Positions 27,693 to 35,095 of a stretch of 38,710 nucleotides of DNA are shown piece after piece; position 1 is the stretch's first letter, and each line of letters starts with the position of its first letter. The translations under genes were made by a program, and so were the position numbers. Source of the DNA: a virus (Duplodnaviria > Caudoviricetes); the IMG/VR virus record IMGVR_UViG_3300020042_009382, positions 1 through 38,710 of that record. The stretch is one strand, 5' to 3'. The notes below the pieces were generated by a model that saw only the letters and a list, made by a program, of their open reading frames with translations, made no database searches and was not told where the DNA came from.

Positions 27693-27724
27693 AATGTCTA
27701 GATGTGTATGTGTACTAGATTATA

Positions 27725-27865
27725 TCATGCATAATGCTTATATGCTAGTGCTTCGAGATCATGTGCATCTCGTGCATATTCCTCGTCGAGTTCATGTGTA
27801 TACTCGTCGAGATCGCATGATGCATCGTTGCCTGATGTATAGTCGAGATCATAGTCGTCGTACAT
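27725..27865 (-). CDS. Very acidic peptide (46 aa)
   Basis: Manual ORF MYDDYDLDYTSGNDASCDLDEYTHELDEEYARDAHDLEALAYKHYA, downstream of two promoters. Confidence 0.68.
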   Translation of the reverse strand: MYDDYDLDYTSGNDASCDLDEYTHELDEEYARDAHDLEALAYKHYA

Positions 27866-28003
27866 AGCTCGTCGAGATCCTGTGTGAGTACTAGATGATT
27901 ATAGCACATGTCTCGACGAGATGCAAGTATGATGTGCAGGTCTCGACGAGAATGTTGTATGTATATATGTGCCTCGACTAGAATTATAGCACATCTAGTC
28001 GAG
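27782..28003. repeat. Cluster of CTCG(A/T)CGAG-type palindromes (8 copies including variants)
   Basis: Starts at 27782, 27803, 27839 (variant), 27868, 27912, 27942, 27973 (variant), 27995 (variant). Confidence 0.8.
27898..27926 (-). promoter_or_regulatory. Sigma70-like promoter with extended -10
   Basis: TTGCAT-17 bp-TATAAT with TG; spacer contains CTCGTCGAG. Confidence 0.75.
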
Positions 28004-28011
28004 ATTCGCAA
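27983..28011 (-). promoter_or_regulatory. Sigma70-like promoter with extended -10
   Basis: TTGCGA-17 bp-TATAAT with TG; spacer contains CTCGACTAG. Confidence 0.7.
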
Positions 28012-28061
28012 CCCTTATGCTAAGTTTTGTGTGGGATCTTGGAGATTTCTGCGGGGGGGGG

Positions 28062-28090
28062 TTGACTTTATAACGTGCGCGTGTTATAAT
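28062..28090 (+). promoter_or_regulatory. Near-consensus plus-strand sigma70 promoter with no downstream ORF
   Basis: TTGACT-17 bp-TATAAT with TGn extension. Confidence 0.75.
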
Positions 28091-28144
28091 CCGCTCGCTT
28101 AGGTCACAAGTCTCAGAGGTCTTTATGATGCCTTTATGATGCCT

Positions 28145-28179
28145 TTATTCTCAATAACATACACTATTGATTCTCAATA
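28145..28179. repeat. Right arm of the 35-bp inverted repeat
   Basis: TTATTCTCAAT-N9-TATTGATTCTCAATA. Confidence 0.85.
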
Positions 28180-28258
28180 AGAGAACACTATTAGACCCAT
28201 AATAAAAGCTAATTTATATTTATTAATACATTTTTTAATGTTTTTTTACTATAATTCA

Positions 28259-28408
28259 TCATAAAACAGGAATAATCTCACTTTCTTTACACCCTTGACG
28301 TTTAATACACTCCTCATAGAATGATGCATCCTCAATAGTATAAAACGTTACTATTTGTCTTGAATAATTCTTCTTCTTTGGTTTGAGGTAAGTTACTTGG
28401 TACTTCAT
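28259..28408 (-). CDS. Small hypothetical protein (49 aa)
   Basis: Manual ORF MKYQVTYLKPKKKNYSRQIVTFYTIEDASFYEECIKRQGCKESEIIPVL; overlaps the 3' end of 28332-28592. Confidence 0.65.
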   Translation of the reverse strand: MKYQVTYLKPKKKNYSRQIVTFYTIEDASFYEECIKRQGCKESEIIPVL

Positions 28409-28592
28409 GTATTTCAATTCGTATTGGTTGATTATCATTCCAGTGTCGTATCACACCGGCAATGATGAAAGTATTAGTGATTAAGTAAGTTATAAAGATA
28501 ACAGTACGAATGACTGCAATCTTATCAGACTCCCTATCACACTCGGATGCTTTCTCACCTAGTGCCTTTGACCACAATTCCCATATTTTCAT
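28332..28592 (-). CDS. Small membrane protein (WSKALGEKA...IAGVIRHW)
   Basis: ORF track; one hydrophobic helix. Confidence 0.75.
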   Translation of the reverse strand: MKIWELWSKALGEKASECDRESDKIAVIRTVIFITYLITNTFIIAGVIRHWNDNQPIRIEIHEVPSNLPQTKEEELFKTNSNVLYY

Positions 28593-28774
28593 TTATCCGA
28601 TTGTTTAAGTAATTCTACATCCTTCCATTGTGATGCATAAACAAGTAAACAAACATTTCTGGATCTTTGCTCAAATCTTGATACACAGATAGTAATATAC
28701 TGATCACATATAAAATCAACAAAACCAACCTGTTCCTTGTACCTAACATCTAAACCTTGATAAAAAGCAATCAT
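28589..28774 (-). CDS. Hypothetical protein (61 aa)
   Basis: ATGA overlaps with both neighbours. Confidence 0.75.
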   Translation of the reverse strand: MIAFYQGLDVRYKEQVGFVDFICDQYITICVSRFEQRSRNVCLLVYASQWKDVELLKQSDK

Positions 28775-29049
28775 AGGAATGCAGACTCTAATGGTGTACG
28801 ATTTGGTATCATTGCAGAATAAGGAGTTGTACTGTTTATATCTACCTGCTTACCAATGGACTTCGCATTGATTGGTGCATAATAGACTCTATTCTTTGGT
28901 TTGTAGAATCCCCATACAGTTGAGGTACGGGCACCAAGGTTGTAATCAAATTTGCGATGGCAACAGAGCATAATGCGAATAGTAGTGGGATTGAACTGTT
29001 CATACTCATAAGAATAACCTTTTGGAGAATGGTGAGGAAAATCAATCAT
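28771..29049 (-). CDS. Hypothetical protein (92 aa)
   Basis: ORF track; coupled to neighbours. Confidence 0.78.
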   Translation of the reverse strand: MIDFPHHSPKGYSYEYEQFNPTTIRIMLCCHRKFDYNLGARTSTVWGFYKPKNRVYYAPINAKSIGKQVDINSTTPYSAMIPNRTPLESAFL

Positions 29050-29203
29050 CTAATGCGACTCTTAACCGATCAGGACTAATACCTTCACTAATATAACGTT
29101 GAAGATGTTGAGCACATACATCTCTTGTTAATTGAACTTCTTTCTCATCAATCAGTTCCCATCCTGTTGTATTAAACTCTTCAATACGATAAAGTACTTC
29201 CAT
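29042..29203 (-). CDS. Hypothetical protein (53 aa)
   Basis: Manual ORF MEVLYRIEEFNTTGWELID...GISPDRLRVALDD fills the gap. Confidence 0.72.
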   Translation of the reverse strand: MEVLYRIEEFNTTGWELIDEKEVQLTRDVCAQHLQRYISEGISPDRLRVALDD

Positions 29204-29208
29204 TTGAA

Positions 29209-29439
29209 TTAAGTTGTAAAGGAATCAATAATACCAGACACATATTCATCTTGTAATGTGAACTTCTGTGCATTTACCACACTTGGCATAATCATATTCA
29301 CATATCGTTCATCATACTGTTTCTCTTGTGATAGAATATTAAATGCCTCGGTATCAGACTCTGCAATCAGATTGATTACTCCACCATACTCAGAAGCTGG
29401 AAAAGGAACCCAGTAGTCTACAATATAAAGTACTTTCAT
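29209..29439 (-). CDS. Hypothetical protein (76 aa, YIVDYWVPFPASEYGG)
   Basis: ORF track; AGGAG and a promoter upstream. Confidence 0.8.
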   Translation of the reverse strand: MKVLYIVDYWVPFPASEYGGVINLIAESDTEAFNILSQEKQYDERYVNMIMPSVVNAQKFTLQDEYVSGIIDSFTT

Positions 29440-29451
29440 TTGTTTGATTAA

Positions 29452-29622
29452 TTACTCCTTCATTTTAATTGATTTGGTTTCATTTGTCAACTGACGATTC
29501 AGTTCATATAAGATCGGAGACAGTTGTGATGTGAAAAACTTCTCATACTCATTTCCTTGCATTAGTTTAATAATGTTCTCAGTCTGTTGTAGTGTGAAAA
29601 GAAGTTTACTTGTCGAATTCAT
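29452..29622 (-). CDS. Hypothetical protein (56 aa)
   Basis: Manual ORF MNSTSKLLFTLQQTENIIKLMQGNEYEKFF... Confidence 0.68.
   Translation of the reverse strand: MNSTSKLLFTLQQTENIIKLMQGNEYEKFFTSQLSPILYELNRQLTNETKSIKMKE
29462..29490 (-). promoter_or_regulatory. Sigma70-like promoter
   Basis: TTGACA-17 bp-TAAAAT. Confidence 0.7.
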
Positions 29623-29623
29623 A

Positions 29624-29965
29624 TCAATCCCAGGAGACTTCTTTCAGATACAATCCAGGCATCACAAGAGTACCCTTAGATGCATCTATCTTGTACTCCC
29701 AGGGGTATTCCATCTTATTGAATGAATCCCATGTGGTGAATCCTTTCTCCTTGCTGTAGGTCATTTTAACCGTCAATGAGAACTTATTAGAATAGATGTT
29801 CCGTGATTTGAGTGCTCCACCTTTCTCACGTACTTCAATCACAGTACAAACATCTTCGGTAAGAGTGTTTTGTGATTCCAGTGTACAGGCAGTCTGATAC
29901 TTGAATGATTGCCCTGCAAGTACAGGAGCAGGAAGAAGAAGTAGCAGGAACAGAAGTTTATTCAT
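29624..29965 (-). CDS. Putative exported protein
   Basis: MNKLLFLLLLLPAPVLA resembles a signal peptide. Confidence 0.72.
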   Translation of the reverse strand: MNKLLFLLLLLPAPVLAGQSFKYQTACTLESQNTLTEDVCTVIEVREKGGALKSRNIYSNKFSLTVKMTYSKEKGFTTWDSFNKMEYPWEYKIDASKGTLVMPGLYLKEVSWD

Positions 29966-29973
29966 TTGTTTAG

Positions 29974-30177
29974 TCACATGAATTCTGCCAAATAGTAGTC
30001 AACTGTAATTTCTAAGCGACTCGCTTCTTTCTCAATCTCTTGCTCTTGAATCCGTCGTGCTTCGGCACGATGATTCCCATAAACCATACGACCTTCGTGA
30101 TAAAGTTCTTCGACTTCAAAATGTTTCATAAAATCATCAAATGCCTCAATGAATTGTTGTAGATCCTTGTTGTTCAT
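29974..30177 (-). CDS. Hypothetical protein (MNNKDLQQF...EITVDYYLAEFM)
   Basis: Start moved to the ATG overlapping the upstream stop. Confidence 0.75.
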   Translation of the reverse strand: MNNKDLQQFIEAFDDFMKHFEVEELYHEGRMVYGNHRAEARRIQEQEIEKEASRLEITVDYYLAEFM

Positions 30178-30389
30178 TAGTGTGTTCCGATAACTTTTGG
30201 TAGTCCCATAAGAATTAAAAAAGTTAAAAGTGCAACCACATCCCAACACTTGTTCCGAATCATATAAGGAAGTGCTAAGGCATTTCCAATCATATACAGT
30301 GTTGCACCCATTACCGTATCATGATAAAGAGTGATGTAGAATGCAAAAACAATTGTAATACTAGAAAGAATTCGTGCCTTTGAGTCCAT
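30177..30389 (-). CDS. Small multi-pass membrane protein
   Basis: MDSKARILSS...; about three hydrophobic segments. Confidence 0.72.
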   Translation of the reverse strand: MDSKARILSSITIVFAFYITLYHDTVMGATLYMIGNALALPYMIRNKCWDVVALLTFLILMGLPKVIGTH

Positions 30390-30399
30390 GATGAATAAT

Positions 30400-30648
30400 T
30401 TAACAGGCACCAGAAATTGGATTACCAATCTGAGGAATTACATTAAAGTCAATCACCTCATAACCACATTCAACACGCTCATTCACCTCATCAAACATAT
30501 CATTCTTGCGAAGAAATTTCTTTGATGTGGTTTCAGTACCGGTGAAGGATATAATCCTCAAAAACCAATCACTTAACAGAGTTCCATCAACAAACTTAAC
30601 AGGATAATAATCAACAATACTATTGCTGGTGGTGGACTGGAGTTTCAT
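30400..30648 (-). CDS. Hypothetical protein (82 aa)
   Basis: Follows a promoter/dyad copy. Confidence 0.75.
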   Translation of the reverse strand: MKLQSTTSNSIVDYYPVKFVDGTLLSDWFLRIISFTGTETTSKKFLRKNDMFDEVNERVECGYEVIDFNVIPQIGNPISGAC

Positions 30649-30729
30649 CGGGTTCTCTTGATTGTCTTCTTATTATAGGGCATTCAGCAGTCGATTGGGG
30701 AAGCACTGTGCCACCTTGTGAACTGGTAC
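30649..30729 (-). promoter_or_regulatory. Outlying promoter/dyad element copy
   Basis: TATAAT at 30672-30677; GTGCCACCT-tgtg-AACTGGTAC at 30708-30729. Confidence 0.7.
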
Positions 30730-31152
30730 GGGATTGGTTTCATTCATATACTGTTGATATAAGATCACTTCTTGTTCCCGTGCTTCTATTTCATGCGGTT
30801 GATCCCAATATTCAATATCCTCCACATTAACCGAATTATAATACCTCTTATCACGTTTCGCACGAAGAGATCCAGTCACCCACTGTTGCAGATGTACCAG
30901 TTCGTGTAATAATGTCTGAATATACAACTCTTGATTCATATAGGTATCAAGTTCAATTAGAAACCTACGAGGACGATAGGATTTGCCAATATAATCACAA
31001 TATCCATATACACCTTCACGTTTCAGTCCACGATGAAGAATCTCAACATAAAGCTGATGTCTGGGTAGAAACTGATTCAGAAACCAAATGGTAACATCCG
31101 TACATATTCTTTTGTGATAACCATATCCAGTAGTTTCAATGAAAGATTGCAT
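30673..31152 (-). CDS. HExxH zinc metallopeptidase-like protein
   Basis: TLLHELVHLQQW plus downstream PHEIEA. Confidence 0.72.
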   Translation of the reverse strand: MQSFIETTGYGYHKRICTDVTIWFLNQFLPRHQLYVEILHRGLKREGVYGYCDYIGKSYRPRRFLIELDTYMNQELYIQTLLHELVHLQQWVTGSLRAKRDKRYYNSVNVEDIEYWDQPHEIEAREQEVILYQQYMNETNPVPVHKVAQCFPNRLLNAL

Positions 31153-31207
31153 GACCAATGTAAAAACCAAATGAATGAAGAAAGAAAAATTAGACGGTCA
31201 AAGTTAT

Positions 31208-31555
31208 TCAATTGCATCCGAACAGTGCTCCTCCAATTGCGGCACCAACAGGAACAGACCAGGCATAACCATCACCACGACTCATACTAGCGGCAACTCC
31301 ACCACCAAGCAATGCACCAAGAATAGTCGAACTCGGACGACATCCACCACTGCTATGGTATTGATTACCCGAATTACAGGGAACATTGTAGGATTGAACA
31401 ATTACTCCACCGGGAACATAATTCCCATATCGATCATATCCACCAGGTTGATATACTTCCCGATTTTGTGTACAGACAGCATAGTTGTTCACTTGTTGTG
31501 CCTGTACCGGAACAGAGAGAAATGTAAGTGGAAGAAGGAGAAGTAGTTGTTTCAT
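31208..31555 (-). CDS. Exported glycine-zipper protein
   Basis: Signal peptide-like N-terminus; GALLGGGVAA and GAAIGGALFG. Confidence 0.75.
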   Translation of the reverse strand: MKQLLLLLPLTFLSVPVQAQQVNNYAVCTQNREVYQPGGYDRYGNYVPGGVIVQSYNVPCNSGNQYHSSGGCRPSSTILGALLGGGVAASMSRGDGYAWSVPVGAAIGGALFGCN

Positions 31556-31701
31556 TTTGGTGGAGGAAGTTTTGGAGCAGACATCTCTATAGTTTGTTTC
31601 TGTAACCCAAGCATAAGACCATCAAGGGATTGTGCGATTGGACCAAATCCAACCGTTGCGGCAATGATACCAAAGATAGTTCCGGCAATAAAATTAATCA
31701 T
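31552..31701 (-). CDS. Small membrane protein (49 aa)
   Basis: Manual ORF MINFIAGTIFGIIAATVGFGPIAQSLDG...; ATGA overlaps on both sides. Confidence 0.7.
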   Translation of the reverse strand: MINFIAGTIFGIIAATVGFGPIAQSLDGLMLGLQKQTIEMSAPKLPPPK

Positions 31702-32054
31702 TTTGCATACAAATAAGCACCTGCCCAATCTGCATTCTCAAGCAACCATTCGCGCTGCTCAATGATACGAAGATCATAACGAACACCTTTAGCAGGTGCT
31801 TTCCAACCAGCAGACTTGTAGACTTCACCAGTCTTCTTATCCACAAAAGCATGAACTGAACGATTGTTGCGAACAGAAGAATCAATCATAATGACTTTGT
31901 GATACTTATGACCCGATTCGATGATGTAGTTGTATCCTTCGGGACCGGCATCTTTGAGAGCATCACAGAGCATCAGGGTCCACTTCCTAACATTCAACTG
32001 AATAGTGTTGCGGGCGTCCTGTTGGGCAGCGTAGTCGGCAAAGGAAGCAGTCAT
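31698..32054 (-). CDS. Phage hypothetical protein (SVHAFVDKKTGEVYKSAGWKAPAKGVRY)
   Basis: ORF track; follows a promoter/dyad copy. Confidence 0.82.
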   Translation of the reverse strand: MTASFADYAAQQDARNTIQLNVRKWTLMLCDALKDAGPEGYNYIIESGHKYHKVIMIDSSVRNNRSVHAFVDKKTGEVYKSAGWKAPAKGVRYDLRIIEQREWLLENADWAGAYLYAK

Positions 32055-32134
32055 GGGGGTTGTTTGCTTATGAGACTATTGTAGGGCATCCAGGAGGGGT
32101 TTCCGTGCCTCCTGTACCAGTTCATCAACTGTCT
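32055..32134 (-). promoter_or_regulatory. Outlying promoter/dyad element copy
   Basis: TACAAT at 32078-32083; GTACCAGTT-catc-AACTGTCT at 32114-32134. Confidence 0.7.
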
Positions 32135-33053
32135 GTTGTGCGATGCGAATTGCATCGGGATTGGTGTCGAGGGTGGTACAGTTCCTACCCAAACCAAAAG
32201 CAGAAATAGCAGTGGTCCCAGATCCGCAAAAGGGGTCCAGTACCCACCCATTCACGGGACAAGACGACTTTATGATACGTTCTAACAGTTTTAGGGGTTT
32301 TTGTGTGGGATATTTACGCTTATTAGACTCACTTCGGGAGATAAAGTATACATCATCCCATAGATTCTGCACCGGAACACCCTTGGACTCATGAGAATAG
32401 ATTTTTTTGTAGATGTTATTGCTGCCGTAGTGCAGTAGACCCTGAGCGTCCATGGATTCCAATTTTTCCTTTGTTATACGAAACCCATACTGAGGATTGT
32501 ATCCCTTGTACTCAAATCTTGCGGAAGGACGACTCTTCTCACCAGTTACTTTAGCCAGGGCATAATAACCAACTTCATCCTTATTCTTGAAACTATTCTC
32601 GGCATAAACTGGATCCAATGAGGTATATTCGACCTCAAAGTATGGTTTACCTTTTTGAAGAACAATAATACTATCTACAATATTACCCCACCCATTCTTT
32701 AGATTGTTCTTTGGTCCACTACGTTTCCATGAGATGTTTGTATAGAATGCATCACGAACTTTAGCATTAACTTTAGACAGTACTAAGGCATTGCCAATAA
32801 AGTTATTGTGAGCATACAACCAACCATTATTATTCAGTTTTGCAAATGAATTGTTAATTATTTCGGCATACCAATCAATATAATCATCAAATGAACTCCA
32901 GTTATCACTGAATCCTTTTTCTTGACCATCTTCTTCTTGCATGGTAAAGTCCCTCTGCAAACCAAAGGGAGGGTCCATATAAACTAAATCAAATGTTTGG
33001 TTGATTGTACTCAGTTCTTCAACAGGTTTGTTTAGAATGTTAATTTCAGGCAT
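32076..33053 (-). CDS. Beta-class N6-adenine/N4-cytosine DNA methyltransferase
   Basis: N-terminal DLVYMDPPF; C-terminal YPTQKP and VLDPFCGSGTT. Confidence 0.92.
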   Translation of the reverse strand: MPEINILNKPVEELSTINQTFDLVYMDPPFGLQRDFTMQEEDGQEKGFSDNWSSFDDYIDWYAEIINNSFAKLNNNGWLYAHNNFIGNALVLSKVNAKVRDAFYTNISWKRSGPKNNLKNGWGNIVDSIIVLQKGKPYFEVEYTSLDPVYAENSFKNKDEVGYYALAKVTGEKSRPSARFEYKGYNPQYGFRITKEKLESMDAQGLLHYGSNNIYKKIYSHESKGVPVQNLWDDVYFISRSESNKRKYPTQKPLKLLERIIKSSCPVNGWVLDPFCGSGTTAISAFGLGRNCTTLDTNPDAIRIAQQTVDELVQEARKPLLDALQ

Positions 33054-33055
33054 TA

Positions 33056-34111
33056 TCAAAGTAAAGGACGGGATACAAAATCAGTTTCATCATATTCACC
33101 ATCAATCTGACCGATGGCAACTATTTCAATTTTAGCAAAAAAATCTTCTTTAGCCAATGGTTCGATTGAAACTCGGTACATTTTTGAAATAGAACTTAAG
33201 TGTTTTTTGTGAGTCTCCCAAATTTTATCACAATAGGATCGATGATTTTTTAAGATTAGTTCTGCATCATCTTTCTTAGAATATGTAATGAAAACTGGGG
33301 TTTTATCGTCATACATTTGAGTAACCATTTGGTTGTATCCCTTCGGACCATCTGCTTTTGGATTGTCTGTGCAAACAATATAACCATATCGATTTCTAGA
33401 AAGATTACCCGAATCATATTCTCCTTGAGATTTTTTCGTGATAATTTCTCTTGATTCATCAGTAGAGAGATTTCGTATTTTTTTACCAGAAAACTTAGAA
33501 GGATTTAAAATGGTCTTTGATACTAATGTAATTTTACCTGCCGAAAAAACTTCATTTGCTTTGATTGATTGCAACCACATTCGAATATGTGGGTCATCTA
33601 CTGGCGTTCCAGGTTCATAAATGTAACCAAGATCCTTTATTTTCTTTATTCCAGCAAGAACCAAATCATTCATTTTGGTTGATTTGGTTGGATTATGGGA
33701 ATTGTTAATTTGAATCCCCAGTTCTGTCGCTGCTGACCATTTGTGAGCATCACCATAAGATCCCGTATACTCATAAACATCAAAATACCACTGTCGTTGA
33801 TTTCTATTTTTAAGACTCGTAATAAAATGATGATGATCAATTACTTCATACTTTCCATCACTATTCAATGTAACGGAAGGAAGTTCGGAATCTTCGTCAT
33901 AACCAGCCTCATTAATATTAACACTGATGTCGTCAACGTGTTGATAATCTATTTTTTCAACTCGTGGGTCATTATCACTCAAGATAACGTTATCAAGATC
34001 GGCAAGTATAGTATCAACAAAACGATAATATTTGGTACTGTGACGTTCTTTCTGTAATGCGTATTTGCTTACTTTAGGTAATTGATTTGATAGAATAGGA
34101 TATTTTGCCAT
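33056..34111 (-). CDS. Hypothetical protein with a degenerate ParB-like N-terminal motif (351 aa)
   Basis: LPSV...GKYEVIDHHHF resembles ParB Y.IIDGxHR but lacks the G and R. Confidence 0.5.
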   Translation of the reverse strand: MAKYPILSNQLPKVSKYALQKERHSTKYYRFVDTILADLDNVILSDNDPRVEKIDYQHVDDISVNINEAGYDEDSELPSVTLNSDGKYEVIDHHHFITSLKNRNQRQWYFDVYEYTGSYGDAHKWSAATELGIQINNSHNPTKSTKMNDLVLAGIKKIKDLGYIYEPGTPVDDPHIRMWLQSIKANEVFSAGKITLVSKTILNPSKFSGKKIRNLSTDESREIITKKSQGEYDSGNLSRNRYGYIVCTDNPKADGPKGYNQMVTQMYDDKTPVFITYSKKDDAELILKNHRSYCDKIWETHKKHLSSISKMYRVSIEPLAKEDFFAKIEIVAIGQIDGEYDETDFVSRPLL

Positions 34112-34137
34112 TTTGTGTCAAAATTGAATACTTCATC

Positions 34138-34167
34138 ATTATATAGCAAGTTGCCATCTTTTGTCAA
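34138..34167 (-). promoter_or_regulatory. Sigma70-like promoter
   Basis: TTGACA-18 bp-TATAAT upstream of 34111. Confidence 0.72.
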
Positions 34168-34168
34168 C

Positions 34169-34195
34169 AAAAAAGAGGGTTTATACCCCCTCTTG
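34169..34195 (-). terminator. Intrinsic terminator after cp12
   Basis: AAGAGGG-ggtataaa-CCCTCTT continuing as a T6 run. Confidence 0.75.
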
Positions 34196-34217
34196 TTATG
34201 GAATTGTAACAATTAAA

Positions 34218-34430
34218 TTAATCTTCGTACACTCTACACTCAAATGCACTAGGATTTAACTCACAATACAATTCTAATGGTGATGGATCATGTGAATCTT
34301 CGGGATGATTTGCTTTATATGTTTCCAGTGCTTCCAATTCTTCTTCTATGTGTCGTCTTGATTGTGATGATATTGTTGGGTCATTCAAAATATCAACATC
34401 TTTCTGAATGTGTTGGTCAATATTATTCAT
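34218..34430 (-). CDS. cp12: CP12 Calvin cycle inhibitor, phage type (70 aa)
   Basis: C-terminal PLELYCELNPSAFECRVYED; start at MNNIDQHI. Confidence 0.9.
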   Translation of the reverse strand: MNNIDQHIQKDVDILNDPTISSQSRRHIEEELEALETYKANHPEDSHDPSPLELYCELNPSAFECRVYED

Positions 34431-35070
34431 TGGAGTTAAAAAGAAATGTGTAAATGTAATCAGTTGCAAATTGTTCCGAATAATATGCTTTCAGAATCCC
34501 GTGTGCCGGATCATTTGCAGACATATGGGCATCATAATCTTTATGAAACTGTTTGTCAATGGGTCCTTCGGCAGTTTCATCAAGACATAATTTGTATCTA
34601 TCTATGTATTTTTTAGTGATCTCCATATACTCATCATAAAAATCATAGTCTTTCTTATTGGTCCAGAACTTTTTCGAGAAATACTTTGTAAGATCATAAA
34701 ACTTAGAGTTTTCAGTATCTCTATCTGGAAATTCTGAAAGATAGTTTAAAACATAATTTTGTTCGTATTCCGAATCACCACGAACAGGATGAAAATCAGT
34801 TGCTCCAAAGTATTTTTTAGTACCAATTCGAATATACTCAGTACCGAAGATTGGTGTTTCATAGCAATATTCGGGATATACTACTAAAGTTTCCGCAGTA
34901 AACTTATCTTTGATATCAAGTTCACAGATACGAATTCTGCGACATTTATCGGCAGTCCAGGCATAACTACGAATAATTGCAGTTTCAGTTTCAATAATTG
35001 AATCTAACCAATTAGGTAAGGGAATAGGATTTAGTGCATCAAAACACTCATTTACAATATTACTTAACAT
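34423..35070 (-). CDS. Ferredoxin-dependent bilin reductase (PebA/PebS family)
   Basis: VVYP..PIFGTE, DFHP, FYDLTKYFS, YDAHM..NDPAHGIL..FLF motifs. Confidence 0.8.
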   Translation of the reverse strand: MLSNIVNECFDALNPIPLPNWLDSIIETETAIIRSYAWTADKCRRIRICELDIKDKFTAETLVVYPEYCYETPIFGTEYIRIGTKKYFGATDFHPVRGDSEYEQNYVLNYLSEFPDRDTENSKFYDLTKYFSKKFWTNKKDYDFYDEYMEITKKYIDRYKLCLDETAEGPIDKQFHKDYDAHMSANDPAHGILKAYYSEQFATDYIYTFLFNSNE

Positions 35071-35095
35071 TTTATTATTTTATAGATGCCAATGT

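Noticed and set aside
27649-28102. Track ORFs 27649-27867, 27745-28011 and 27908-28102
   Set aside because: Low-complexity translations of the palindrome and promoter cluster; two shorter acidic ORFs fit the promoters better.
27482-28179. Insertion sequence or MITE
   Set aside because: No transposase and no clear target-site duplication, and an extra box lies outside the left arm; not called as a mobile element.
27462-28180. Fur boxes from the TTGAGAAT half-sites
   Set aside because: Half-sites are not arranged as a TGAGAAT-N-ATTCTCA dyad and no iron-related genes are adjacent; not excluded without a binding assay.
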